This document shows, piece after piece, positions 20,146 through 29,667 of a DNA stretch of 64,000 nt; position 1 is the first letter of the stretch, and every line of letters begins with the position of its first letter. Origin of the DNA: an uncultured Chloroflexia bacterium (GTDB lineage Bacteria; Chloroflexota; Anaerolineae; Anaerolineales; UBA4823); contig CAVSBZ010000005.1 in NCBI GenBank assembly GCA_963726315.1, positions 1,666,829 to 1,730,828 on the forward strand, read 5' to 3'. The notes beneath the pieces were generated by a model. The model had not been told where the DNA came from. It was given only the letters and a program-made list of their open reading frames with translations, and made no database searches. Position numbers and translations under genes: made by a program.

Positions 20146-22560
20146 ATGAAGTACAAATTTCAAAAAGCTGTGGTTATTGGCTCCGGTACGATGGGAGCGG
20201 CAGTCGCGGCTCATTTAGCCAATGCCGGTATTCCTGTAACGCTTCTGGATATTGTGCCCAATAAGCTATTACCGGAAGAAGAGCAGAAGGGTCTAACCCT
20301 GATGGATAAAGTAGTCAGGAACCGGATCGTCAAGCAGGGTTTGGAACGGGCGATTAAATCACGCCCTGCCTCATTTTTTACCTCAGAAACCCCGGCACTT
20401 GTATCAGTCGGTAACCTGGATGATGATCTGGAGATAATCAAATCAGCAGATTGGGTCATCGAAGCTATCATCGAGAACTTGAGTATCAAGAGGGAGCTGA
20501 TGGTCCGTATAGACGCCATCAGACCAGAAAATACAATCATCAGCACAAATACCTCAGGCATCCCGATCACATCAATTGCGGAAGGATTATCTGAAGGATT
20601 TCGTAAGCATTTCCTAGGTACACATTTCTTCAACCCGCCCCGTTACCTAAAGTTACTGGAAGTCATACCGACGAAGGATACCCTACCAGCCGTGATAGAG
20701 GCAATCAGCGAATTTGGTGAATACAGGTTGGGTAAAGGGATTGTCCTATGTAAGGACACTCCTAATTTCATTGCAAACCGCCTTGGGTTTGGAGGAGGTG
20801 CGTTTGCTTTAGATTACATACTGGAAAACAACTACACAGTAGATGAAGTTGATTCTATCACCGGACCGTCCATGGGAAGACCCAAGACGGCAACATTTCG
20901 CCTTATTGATTTGGTCGGACTAGACGTGTGGGAGCATGTCGGAAATAACCTCGCTCCAGCTATCCCTGATGATATGCAAGCGTTGAAATACCTCAATTCC
21001 AGGCGGGTCAATCAAATGATCCACTCCATGGTGGAAAAAGGATGGCTGGGAACGAAGGTCAAACAAGGATTTTATAAGGAAGTACGTTCACCTGAAGGCA
21101 ACCGCGAATTCTGGTCTCTAAACTTGAACACACTGGATTATCAAGCCCCAGTGAAAGTGAGGTTTGATTCAATTGGAAAGGTAAAAGATGCTGAAGACTT
21201 GGGTGAGAAATTGAAAATATTGATCGAGTCGGAGGATCGAGCCGGTCAGCTTGTACGGGCACTCATATTCCAGGGATTGTCATACGCATCTGAACGTGTC
21301 CCCGAAATTGCCGATACACCGAAACCGTTGGATGATGCCATGAGGTGGGGGTTTGGGCACGAAGCGGGTCCGTTCGAAGTATGGGACTTGCTGGGTGTAA
21401 AGGATACGTCTATGAGTATGGTTAATGCTGGTTTTCCACCCGCCAAATGGGTGGAGAAAATGGTGGCAACAGGCTATTCCACTTTTTATCAATATGACGC
21501 TGGCACAAAAGTAGGTGTTTATAATCCCTCTACTGGAAATTATGAGCCAATTAAACGTCCTACAGCGCTGGTTCTGCTGAAGGAACAAAAAGTTATCAAC
21601 AAAAACCCTGGTGCCACTCTATATGACCTTGGTGATGGCGTGGCTTGTGTAGAGTTCCACACCAAGGTGAACAGCCTCGATGAGGATATCTTTAATATGA
21701 TCCTGGATGCCCAGGAGCGAACACTAACTGATTTTGAAGGTTTAGTCATTGGTAATGAAGCAGAGAACTTCTGCGCAGGTGGGGCAAATATAATGATGGT
21801 GGTCATGGCTGCACAGATGGGCGCATGGGATATGCTGGACGCAGCGATCAAGAAAATGCAAGATATGAACATGCGCTCGCGTTACCTGGCGAAGCCAGTG
21901 GTTGTCGCACCCTTTGGATTGACATTAGGTGGGGGGGCGGAGCTTACAGTATACGGAAGCCGAGTTGTCGCTGGGGCAGAACTCTACACCGGCTTCGTTG
22001 AATTTGGAGTGGGTGTCATTCCTGCAGGTGGTGGGACCAAGGAGATGTTACGGCGGATTGTCAACCCAGCGATGAGGACGGAAAATACTGAAGTGCTACC
22101 ATTTTTACAGCGCGTCTTTATGCAGATTGGCCTGGCTAAAGTTGCGACCAGTGCAGAAGAAGCACGCCAGATGGGAATCTTGGGGTCATCAGATCGTGTG
22201 GTGATGAATAAGGATATGTTGCTGGCAGAAGCCAAAAAAGAAGTACTGCATATGGCCGCGACCGGTTACCATCCCCCCATACCTGAGAAGATATTCGCAG
22301 CCGGTCGTGATGCATTAGGCGCACTGCGTGTAGCCATCCACATGATGAAAGAAGGCAAATATATTACCGAATATGAAGCGCATATGGCGAGAAAACTCGC
22401 AAATGTGATGACCGGTGGAGATTTAAGTAAACCGACATGGGTGGATGAGCAGTATATCCTCGATCTTGAGCGTGAAGCCTTCATTTCGCTGTGCGGAGAA
22501 GAGAAGACTCGTGAGCGGATGGTCGCTATGCTGCAAACCGGTAAACCTTTGCGGAATTAA
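20146..22560 (+). CDS. Bifunctional 3-hydroxyacyl-CoA dehydrogenase / enoyl-CoA hydratase (FadN-type domain order)
   Basis: 804 aa. N-terminal NAD Rossmann motif (VVIGSGTMGAAVAAHLANAGIPVTLLD) and HFFNPP. C-terminal crotonase-like region (NFCAGGANI). AGGAGG RBS. Confidence 0.9.
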   Translation: MKYKFQKAVVIGSGTMGAAVAAHLANAGIPVTLLDIVPNKLLPEEEQKGLTLMDKVVRNRIVKQGLERAIKSRPASFFTSETPALVSVGNLDDDLEIIKSADWVIEAIIENLSIKRELMVRIDAIRPENTIISTNTSGIPITSIAEGLSEGFRKHFLGTHFFNPPRYLKLLEVIPTKDTLPAVIEAISEFGEYRLGKGIVLCKDTPNFIANRLGFGGGAFALDYILENNYTVDEVDSITGPSMGRPKTATFRLIDLVGLDVWEHVGNNLAPAIPDDMQALKYLNSRRVNQMIHSMVEKGWLGTKVKQGFYKEVRSPEGNREFWSLNLNTLDYQAPVKVRFDSIGKVKDAEDLGEKLKILIESEDRAGQLVRALIFQGLSYASERVPEIADTPKPLDDAMRWGFGHEAGPFEVWDLLGVKDTSMSMVNAGFPPAKWVEKMVATGYSTFYQYDAGTKVGVYNPSTGNYEPIKRPTALVLLKEQKVINKNPGATLYDLGDGVACVEFHTKVNSLDEDIFNMILDAQERTLTDFEGLVIGNEAENFCAGGANIMMVVMAAQMGAWDMLDAAIKKMQDMNMRSRYLAKPVVVAPFGLTLGGGAELTVYGSRVVAGAELYTGFVEFGVGVIPAGGGTKEMLRRIVNPAMRTENTEVLPFLQRVFMQIGLAKVATSAEEARQMGILGSSDRVVMNKDMLLAEAKKEVLHMAATGYHPPIPEKIFAAGRDALGALRVAIHMMKEGKYITEYEAHMARKLANVMTGGDLSKPTWVDEQYILDLEREAFISLCGEEKTRERMVAMLQTGKPLRN

Positions 22561-22575
22561 CCATGGAGATGGAAT

Positions 22576-23775
22576 ATGAATACTATTGATGCATCGCATG
22601 ATCCAGTAATTGTCGCAGCCTGCCGGACACCGGTGGGAAAAGCCAAGCGAGGCAGCCTGGCAACCGTGAGACCGGATGAGATGGCGGTGACGGTAATTAA
22701 GGAATTGCTCAAGCGAGTTGAGGGATTAAAGCCGGAAGAAATCAATGACGTCATCCTTGGCTGTGCTTTTCCGGAAGGAGAACAGGGTTTGAACATGTCG
22801 CGCCTGGTAGCCTTACGAGCAGGCTTACCGGTTTCAGTTCCCGCAGAGACCATCAACCGGTTCTGTTCTTCGGGTATGCAAAGCATTGCACATGCAGCGT
22901 TCGGTGTGATGGCGGGTCAGTTGGATTGTGTTATTGCCGGGGGAACCGAATCCATGACCATGGTACCAATGACCGGATTAAAGTTTTCACCCAATCCTTA
23001 CCTGGCAGCCGAATGGCCGGGTGCATATTTGGGGATGGGGCTGACTGCTGAAAATGTGGCCGATAAGTACGGGATCAGCCGTGTGGACCAGGATGCGTTC
23101 GCCTACAACAGCCACCGAAAAGCTAACCGCGCAGTTGAGGATGGACTATTCGATCCGGAAATCGTACCGATTGAAGTCAATTTAGTCGAATATGATAATC
23201 CCGGAAGCCTGAGGAAAAATTCCTTCATGTTTAAAAGAGATGAAGGGCCGCGGGATGATACGACCATCGAAGCGCTGGCCAGACTGAAACCTGCGTTTAA
23301 GGAAGGTGGTACAGTTACGGCCGGGAACTCTTCTCAGATGTCGGATGGAGCAGCTGGTGTAGTATTGATGTCACGGTCAAAGGCGGAGAGCCTGGGTGTG
23401 AAACCTTTAGTCCGATTCATATCTTTCGCAGTTGGAGGGGTTGATCCTGAATATATGGGAATTGGCCCAATCGTAGCCATCCCAAAGGCACTACGGTTAG
23501 CAGGATTAAGGCTGGAGGAGATTGGTTTAATTGAGCTGAATGAAGCCTTTGCATCCCAAAGCCTGGCAGTTATTCGCGAAGTCGGGGTTAACCCGGAAAT
23601 CACGAATGTCAATGGTGGCGCCATCGCTCTGGGCCATCCACTTGGGTGCACAGGTGCAAAGCTAACTACTCAGCTGATCCACGAAATGAAACGCAGAAAG
23701 GTTCAGTTTGGGATGGTATCCATGTGTATTGGTGGCGGAATGGGGGCTGCGGGGATATTTGAAAACCTGAATTGA
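22576..23775 (+). CDS. Acetyl-CoA C-acyltransferase (thiolase)
   Basis: Active-site region [11 protein letters not shown]; C-terminal [18 protein letters not shown] and CIGGGMG. Confidence 0.9.
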   Translation: MNTIDASHDPVIVAACRTPVGKAKRGSLATVRPDEMAVTVIKELLKRVEGLKPEEINDVILGCAFPEGEQGLNMSRLVALRAGLPVSVPAETINRFCSSGMQSIAHAAFGVMAGQLDCVIAGGTESMTMVPMTGLKFSPNPYLAAEWPGAYLGMGLTAENVADKYGISRVDQDAFAYNSHRKANRAVEDGLFDPEIVPIEVNLVEYDNPGSLRKNSFMFKRDEGPRDDTTIEALARLKPAFKEGGTVTAGNSSQMSDGAAGVVLMSRSKAESLGVKPLVRFISFAVGGVDPEYMGIGPIVAIPKALRLAGLRLEEIGLIELNEAFASQSLAVIREVGVNPEITNVNGGAIALGHPLGCTGAKLTTQLIHEMKRRKVQFGMVSMCIGGGMGAAGIFENLN

Positions 23776-23818
23776 TCTGGATGATACTTGAAGAATTCAT
23801 AGTCGAAAGGAAGGTAAG

Positions 23819-24148
23819 ATGACAGAGCATACTGTACGCCAATTGATCTTGAACCATGAGAAAGCATTTATGCCTGAAAGAGCTGCCGGAGTTGATGCGG
23901 TTGTTCAATATCATTTAACTGGAGAGGAGGGTGGCGATTGGATTATCACCATCAAAGATGGAGTGTGCAAGGTGGCTGAAGGAGTAGCTGAAAATCCGAA
24001 GATGACCTTAACCGCTGATGGTCAGGAATTCGGAGATATTCTTTTAGGGAAAATGGATGGGATGGCAGCATTCATGCAAGGAAAGTTAATGTTAAAGGGT
24101 GATTTGAACCTTGCAATGAAGCTGACCTCGTTTTTTAAAATGAAATAA
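23819..24148 (+). CDS. SCP2 sterol/lipid-carrier domain protein
   Basis: 109 aa with an SCP2-type C-terminus (FMQGKLMLKGDLNLAMKL). Last gene of the beta-oxidation cluster. Confidence 0.75.
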   Translation: MTEHTVRQLILNHEKAFMPERAAGVDAVVQYHLTGEEGGDWIITIKDGVCKVAEGVAENPKMTLTADGQEFGDILLGKMDGMAAFMQGKLMLKGDLNLAMKLTSFFKMK

Positions 24149-24163
24149 TAGACATGTTCATAG

Positions 24164-24192
24164 GTGCCTGCATGCAAGTCTGGTGCAGGCAC
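24164..24192 (+). terminator. Possible terminator hairpin after the SCP2 gene
   Basis: 9-bp stem GTGCCTGCA/TGCAGGCAC with an 11-nt loop, 16 nt after the stop. The trailing U-tract is weak (TCATCTCTGT). Confidence 0.35.
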
Positions 24193-24371
24193 TCATCTCT
24201 GTAACTCATTACCACAGGGTGTATTTTATAAACGTTATTAGCGATGCACAATTCGTTAATTTGTAGATGAATAATCAAATTTGGGGTTATTACGTATCAA
24301 TCTGCACCACTTTTGCAAGCTTTGGATAGCACATGTAAATAAGCGGTGAAAAAATAAGAGGACCTTCTGAT

Positions 24372-24402
24372 AAAAAAAAAACCGCTGATCGAAACCAGCG
24401 GT
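24372..24402 (-). terminator. Rho-independent terminator downstream of tatA
   Basis: The minus strand reads ACCGCTG-GTTTCGAT-CAGCGGT followed by T9, about 95 nt after the tatA stop. Confidence 0.6.
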
Positions 24403-24495
24403 CAAAAAGGGAGGTTGTCTAGTTGTTAGACAAGGAATAAAGAACGATCGACCCACTCGCCTGAAAATACCGAAAAATTAAATAGATAGGGTATC

Positions 24496-24681
24496 CTATT
24501 CCTTCTTTTCCTCGTCCTCCGGTTTCGTTTCTGTTTGATCATCTCCCTTAAGACCTTTGCGGAATGCACTGATCCCTTTGCCCAACTCACCACCAATGTT
24601 GGCAATTCGGCCAACTCCGAAGATAAGAACGACAATAATCAAAACGATTAATAGTTCAGGTGCTCCAAGCCAGCTTGGCAT
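24496..24681 (-). CDS. tatA: Twin-arginine translocase subunit TatA/E
   Basis: 61 aa: MPSWLGAPELLIVLIIVVLIFG (TM helix) followed by an amphipathic helix and an acidic tail. AGGAGG RBS before the ATG at 24681. Confidence 0.85.
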   Translation of the reverse strand: MPSWLGAPELLIVLIIVVLIFGVGRIANIGGELGKGISAFRKGLKGDDQTETKPEDEEKKE

Positions 24682-25049
24682 TCTAGTACCTCCTACGGGA
24701 TAGATTCTGCAATTATTATACTGCCGAATAGGAGAAAATCCTTCGGTCACTTCTACAAAGGTTAAGAAACATTAACTTATGTAAATAACATGTGTGCTCA
24801 TAAATTGAATACAAATGACCTGTGAACACGTAATTTGCGACAATATATGGATCCTCAAATGTCAAAATTGCAGTCTAAGTGTCGTGATTTTATGCCCATC
24901 GACGTGTAAATTTATTGAGCCTTCGGCATCGATGGGTAAAACTTCAACTAGACTCTCGTCTAATCTAACTAGCTGTGTCCGTTCAATCCGAATAAGAAGC
25001 TTAATTGTCGTTTCGATCGGTGATCGTAAGATGTTGTACCCGCGGACGA

Positions 25050-25531
25050 TCAAACCCACTCCAGTTCACATGGCTGGTCATCCAGATCTCGCCAAAGACT
25101 TGCACAGGTAATCCCAAAACCATTTAATATCTGTGGCATTTGTCCTCTGTGGCCGAAGTTGTCTGGCAGGTAACCTACCTGCATTTTTTCCACCCAATAA
25201 CTGGCAGAGCCTGTTTGCTTCAAGAAGATTACGGGTATGGGATTCTGGAGAAACCAATAATTCATCTGGACTGACGTACCATGGTCCAATAAAAATTCGC
25301 TCAGCTTTGATGTAATTGATTAAGTCCGCCTGGCGTTCAGGGCGGATTTCCAGATAGTCTTCCAGGATGATGGTTTGGCTATCCAAAAGGAAATACTTGT
25401 CGTCGGGATCGGTTTCCAATATATCCAGCAGGTGATCGGTCAAATTTACCAGCTTTACGCGAAATTGCTGGAAAATGGAGATACCATTCCCGATCCCAGT
25501 GAGTGTGGCTGACGAGATGGATTGTTGTCAT
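25050..25531 (-). pseudogene. Relic of a GH38 alpha-mannosidase (N-terminal ~160 codons only, with multiple frame disruptions)
   Basis: The ATG at 25531 encodes MTTIHLVSHTHWDREWYL (GH38 HxHxDxxW). The reading then shifts frame to QQFRVKLVNLTDHLLDIL...IGPWYVSPDELLVSPES, and shifts again to VGYLPDNFGHRGQMPQILNGFGI...ELEWV, which is followed by a stop. The remaining ~700+ codons of a normal GH38 are absent. The 3' boundary is approximate. Confidence 0.7.
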
Positions 25532-25586
25532 AAAAATTATGAAATATATTTTTGGATGGGCACTAATTTACATTTTGAAATTAACA

Positions 25587-27335
25587 TTAACCTAAAGAAT
25601 CCAATTGCTTTATCTCCTCAATCATCGCAGGGATAATATTTTCGTAGGGGATAATCGTCTTTTCAATCTTGTCACGGCGTTTAAATTCGATTCCACCATT
25701 TTTAAGTGAACGATCACTGACGGTTAGTCGGATAGGAATACCAATCAGATCTGCGTCATTAAATTTTATCCCTGGGCTGTCATCACGATCATCAAATAAG
25801 CATTCTACCTGCGCCTCGTTCAGCTTCAGGTAAAGGGATTCTGCCTTGGATAAACTCTCACCTTGATTGTTTTCTGTTTTTGATGGAAGGATGACCAGGT
25901 GAACTTGGAATGGTGAAACTGAGATCGGCCAGGTGAGGCCATAATCGTCGTGATGCTCTTCGGCTATGCAAGCCAGTAAACGACCTGTTCCGATTCCATA
26001 TGAACCCATCACAATAGGACGGGAAGTCCCATCGCGATCCAGGTAAAAACAACCTGTTGCTTCGCTTATCCAGGTACCTAATTTAAATATATTACCCACT
26101 TCAATTCCCCTGACAGAATGCAGTGGATGACCACATTCTACGCAAGCATCTCCATCACAGGTAATGGTTATATCGGCAACGATATCAGCTCGATAATCTC
26201 GACTGTAATTTACATTGCGCAGGTGGAAGCCTTCGATGTTTGCTCCAGAGACAAGATTAGTGGATTTGGGGATGATCTCATCGACGATCACCATCACATC
26301 CTTCAGTCCAACCGGTGAGGCATAACCTGGAACAGCCCCGACTGCACGGATCTCCGTCTCGAGTGCGGGCCGAAGGTCGACTGCATGTAAAGCGGTTGCT
26401 AACTTGGTCTCGTTTACATCCATATCACCACGGACGATCACAAAAATAAATTTTTCGAGACGCTCAGTTCCATTTACAATCGAGGCAACCATAAAAACAG
26501 CTTTTGCAGTTCGAGGGGTTGGAATGGAAAGGTAAGTTGCTAATTCATCAATCGTTTTACTTCCAGGCGTTGCTACTTTTTCGAGTGGCAGCTCACGTTC
26601 ATCGGCAACAGCATGTTTCTGATGAACCGCAATTTGCCGGTTTGCCGAATACCCACAGTTATTACATATCAGCAGGGTATCTTCTCCAATAGGATTAAGG
26701 TACATAAACTCGTGGGCAATTTTTCCGCCCATCATCCCGGTATCGGATTTGACTGCGATAACCGGTAGAGAAACCCGCTGAAATATTTTTTGATACGCAT
26801 GATAATGGGCATCATATTGCTTATCCAATCCTTCCTGGTCCCGATCCAGGCTATAGCTATCCTTCATCGTGAATTCCCTGGCACGGATCAAACCAGCACG
26901 GGGACGTGGATCGTCACGCCATTTGGTTTGGATATGGTACAGTAGCTGCGGTAGCTGGCGGTATGACCGAATTTCTTCATGTACAAGGTTGGCAATAACC
27001 TCTTCATGGGTCATGGAAAGCACCATGTCATGATCGTTTTTATCCTTGAAGCGCCCCATCTCACTGCCAATCTGATACCAACGACCTGTTTGCTGCCAGA
27101 TTTCTGCAGGGTGAACTGCAGGCATCATGATTTCCTGACCACCAATAGCATTAATTTCTTGCCGCAGTATATTTTCAATTTTCGTCAGCGACCTTTTAGC
27201 CAAGGGTAGATAGGTAAATATCCCAGCACCCAATTGCCTGATAAATCCTGCCCGTACTAGCAAGCGGTGACTGACGATTTCAGTTTCTGATGGAGTTTCT
27301 CGTATCGTTTGGCTGAATAATCGTGACATTCTCAT
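25587..27335 (-). CDS. proS: Prolyl-tRNA synthetase (bacterial type with editing insertion)
   Basis: 582 aa. MRMSRLFSQTIRETPSETEIVSHRLLVRAGFIRQLGAGIFTYLPL; class II motifs (FRDEP-like KWRDDPRPRAGLIRAREFTMKD, GSYGIGTGRL); C-terminal anticodon-binding domain. Confidence 0.95.
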   Translation of the reverse strand: MRMSRLFSQTIRETPSETEIVSHRLLVRAGFIRQLGAGIFTYLPLAKRSLTKIENILRQEINAIGGQEIMMPAVHPAEIWQQTGRWYQIGSEMGRFKDKNDHDMVLSMTHEEVIANLVHEEIRSYRQLPQLLYHIQTKWRDDPRPRAGLIRAREFTMKDSYSLDRDQEGLDKQYDAHYHAYQKIFQRVSLPVIAVKSDTGMMGGKIAHEFMYLNPIGEDTLLICNNCGYSANRQIAVHQKHAVADERELPLEKVATPGSKTIDELATYLSIPTPRTAKAVFMVASIVNGTERLEKFIFVIVRGDMDVNETKLATALHAVDLRPALETEIRAVGAVPGYASPVGLKDVMVIVDEIIPKSTNLVSGANIEGFHLRNVNYSRDYRADIVADITITCDGDACVECGHPLHSVRGIEVGNIFKLGTWISEATGCFYLDRDGTSRPIVMGSYGIGTGRLLACIAEEHHDDYGLTWPISVSPFQVHLVILPSKTENNQGESLSKAESLYLKLNEAQVECLFDDRDDSPGIKFNDADLIGIPIRLTVSDRSLKNGGIEFKRRDKIEKTIIPYENIIPAMIEEIKQLDSLG

Positions 27336-27353
27336 CTGAAGTATCCTTATTTA

Positions 27354-27387
27354 AAACGCCCTCTGGTTTTCAATCCAGAGGGCGTTT
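27354..27387 (-). terminator. Strong terminator-like hairpin ending 18 nt upstream of the proS start codon (candidate attenuator)
   Basis: The minus strand reads AAACGCCCTCTGG-ATTGAAAA-CCAGAGGGCGTTT, then TAAATAAGGATACTTCAG-ATG. 12-13 bp GC-rich stem, U4 tract. Confidence 0.55.
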
Positions 27388-27615
27388 GGCTTTTAACGAT
27401 CACTTTACCTGAAATGCACCATCAGATCGAAAATCCTGGAAGATGTCGATTGGTAGGTAAAGGGTACGTATTTGGCAGCTTATTCATAGGTATTAAGTGT
27501 ACCATTTGGTGCATGCATGTCAAGTCAGTTTATATTGCCAGCTGTTTTAATTGTAGGTCACTTTGCATTACAGGCAAAGGTGTTTAATAAGAGAATATTA
27601 TGCGCATAGACATTA

Positions 27616-28515
27616 TCAGAGTGTAACCCCATACATTTGGTCAGGTTTAAGGAGTTCCGGATATTGGCTGCGGAGATACTTGCGTGTTTCATAGCAAAAG
27701 TGACATGCATCAGCGAAATAACCTGAATGGGGAGCACCGGTTTCCATAGCTAACTTATACGGCCCACCAGCGAGTAACGGACCGATTATCGGATGAGCAT
27801 TAGGCTTGAAATCTTCACAAATGGTTTTCAAGTTGGAATTGAATAAATTACCCAATGAAATACCCTGGCAGATATGTAGGTCACCGAAAGGATCGATATG
27901 GACTCGACCTGGATCAGACAGATTTTCATGTGGGCAGCTTGTGAAACAGCTTGCTGGATAATGGGTAACTTTCGAGGCAAGCTTATCAGCTGCGCGTCCA
28001 CGGAACATGATTGATGACGTTTCGGGAGGAATTTGCCCGATTGAAGGAGATGCTTTTATCTCCGGTTGTTCAATACAAATGATACCTAACGGGATATTCA
28101 ATTGTTCAGCTATTTTGGTCACCACCCTGGACTGCTGGCTTACTTTTTCAGAAAAATGGAACAGGTCACTACTGATGGTTAAATCCTGGATTTTTCCTTC
28201 AAAAGGAGAAAGCGATAAAAGGGCATCCTCTTCAGATGTCGCCCAAAAACTATTGGTTACGATCCCAACCTTGAATCCCATCTCGATCGCACTTTCAACA
28301 CCAGCTAACATGGTCTGGTAATATAGAAATGGCTCACCGCCTTCAAAATAGATCCATTCTACCGATCCTGCCTCCCTTGCCTGGTTCAGGATCGATCGGA
28401 TTGATGCGATGGTCATTGTTCCAGTTTGCCACGGGCTTCCCCAAACAAAACAATGATCACATTCGAAAGTACACTGATAGGTCAATAGTAGGTGCAATCC
28501 ATTAAGCTTAATCAT
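27616..28515 (-). CDS. Radical SAM protein with a C-terminal Cys-rich (SPASM/twitch-like) region
   Basis: CxxxCxxC (YQCTFECDHCF) near the N-terminus; YFEGGEPFL. C-terminal cysteines (CFTSCPHE, HICQG, CHFCYE). I chose the ATG at 28515 (MIKLNG...). Confidence 0.75.
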   Translation of the reverse strand: MIKLNGLHLLLTYQCTFECDHCFVWGSPWQTGTMTIASIRSILNQAREAGSVEWIYFEGGEPFLYYQTMLAGVESAIEMGFKVGIVTNSFWATSEEDALLSLSPFEGKIQDLTISSDLFHFSEKVSQQSRVVTKIAEQLNIPLGIICIEQPEIKASPSIGQIPPETSSIMFRGRAADKLASKVTHYPASCFTSCPHENLSDPGRVHIDPFGDLHICQGISLGNLFNSNLKTICEDFKPNAHPIIGPLLAGGPYKLAMETGAPHSGYFADACHFCYETRKYLRSQYPELLKPDQMYGVTL

Positions 28516-28526
28516 CTCGTGGCGTC

Positions 28527-29513
28527 CTATTTTATTGAATATACTTCTGGGTTCACACAATGAGGTAATTGTTCACCTCTTAGTCCGGCAAGCAAATTTG
28601 CACATGCCAGTTCTGCCATCTTACGCCGTGTTTGTTGTGTTGCAGATCCAATATGGGGGACAATAAGGCAATTTGGTAAGCTGTACAAGGGGTGATTGGG
28701 AGGTAATGGTTCTGGATCAGTCACATCGAGAGCAGCAGCAGCAATTTTTTGCCTGCGCAGGGCAGACACGAGTGCAGGTGTATCAATAAGTGACCCTCTG
28801 GCAGTGTTTATTAGTAAGGCTGTTGATTTCATTCTTGATAAAGTAGATGAGTTGATTATGCCCCGTGTTTCAGGTGTAAGGGGCGCATGAATAGAAACAA
28901 TATCACTACGGTTAAGCAGCTCATCAAGCGATACCTGAGAAGCGCCGGTTATACTTTTCGGTTCAGGGTCTGTGAAAATGATCTTCATACCAAAAGCTTG
29001 AGCGCGCTGGGCAACTGCTTTCCCGATCTTTCCCATCCCGATTATTCCCAAGGTAGAGCCGTTTAGCTCCATTCCCAGCCAACCAGCCGGAGACCAGGTA
29101 ACCCAACGACCTTCCCGGGCATCCAGGCTCGCGTTAAAAATGTTTCTGGCAGTAGAGAGCATGAGCGCCATGGTCAGGTCAGCCGTACTTTCTGTTAAGA
29201 CACCAGGTGTATTCCCAACTGGTATTTTCCGTACTGTGCAGGCTTTTATGTCGATGTTATCCACACCGACAGCCATATTGCTAATTACACGGAGCTTTGG
29301 AGCGAGTCTGATGACGTTTTCAGACACCGGGATGGTTAATAGTGTGAACAATCCGTCTGCCAGAGGAAGCATTTCGATCAGTCTTGGATCCAGCTCGACG
29401 GCATTTGGAGGCCCGACGATTAGCTTGCACTCACCTTCCAATGGTGATATCCAATCACTCGGAAGTGTGTGTGTCATGATGACAAGCGGGAATAGTTTGT
29501 TCTGCATTCTCAA
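28527..29513 (-). CDS. D-isomer-specific 2-hydroxyacid dehydrogenase (glyoxylate/hydroxypyruvate reductase-like)
   Basis: NAD-binding motif GIIGMGKIGKAVAQRA; catalytic-region motifs (NTARGSLID, PHIGSAT). The start could be an internal Met. Confidence 0.85.
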   Translation of the reverse strand: MRMQNKLFPLVIMTHTLPSDWISPLEGECKLIVGPPNAVELDPRLIEMLPLADGLFTLLTIPVSENVIRLAPKLRVISNMAVGVDNIDIKACTVRKIPVGNTPGVLTESTADLTMALMLSTARNIFNASLDAREGRWVTWSPAGWLGMELNGSTLGIIGMGKIGKAVAQRAQAFGMKIIFTDPEPKSITGASQVSLDELLNRSDIVSIHAPLTPETRGIINSSTLSRMKSTALLINTARGSLIDTPALVSALRRQKIAAAALDVTDPEPLPPNHPLYSLPNCLIVPHIGSATQQTRRKMAELACANLLAGLRGEQLPHCVNPEVYSIK

Positions 29514-29667
29514 GGAAATGTCTAATCGGTGGAATTAACAGTGCGTCGTAATGACGAAGATTATACACCAGACAATTCCCTGTTAATTTACCGGATCATG
29601 AGATATACTCACTGAATCTTAATCCAGCCACAAAGCTTGTCTATTGACCCTAATTTCCTTTCAGGTT

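Noticed and set aside
24256-24635. ORFs 24256-24456 and 24426-24635 as genes in the SCP2-tatA gap
   Set aside because: They overlap the tatA terminator hairpins and the tatA coding region itself in another frame, and they have no RBS. The 347-nt gap showed no recognisable ncRNA signature by eye, although an sRNA cannot be excluded.
15813-27335. Functional link between tRNA-Pro(GGG) and proS because both are in the window
   Set aside because: They are 10 kb apart with unrelated operons between them. Co-location is most likely coincidental.
27336-27615. T-box riboswitch upstream of proS
   Set aside because: The leader length and terminator would fit. However, I could not find the conserved T-box sequence (..GGGTGGTACCGCG..) adjacent to the terminator, an AGAGA/GA-motif Stem I, or a clear CCN specifier context. 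The only UGGUAC-like string lies ~150 nt upstream of the terminator, inside the putative promoter. This needs cmsearch to be certain.
27422-27615. RiPP precursor peptide for the adjacent radical SAM/SPASM enzyme
   Set aside because: The small ORFs in the gap are 9-21 codons long. They contain no cysteines, no leader/core organisation, and no RBS. Nothing supports a sactipeptide- or ranthipeptide-type substrate.
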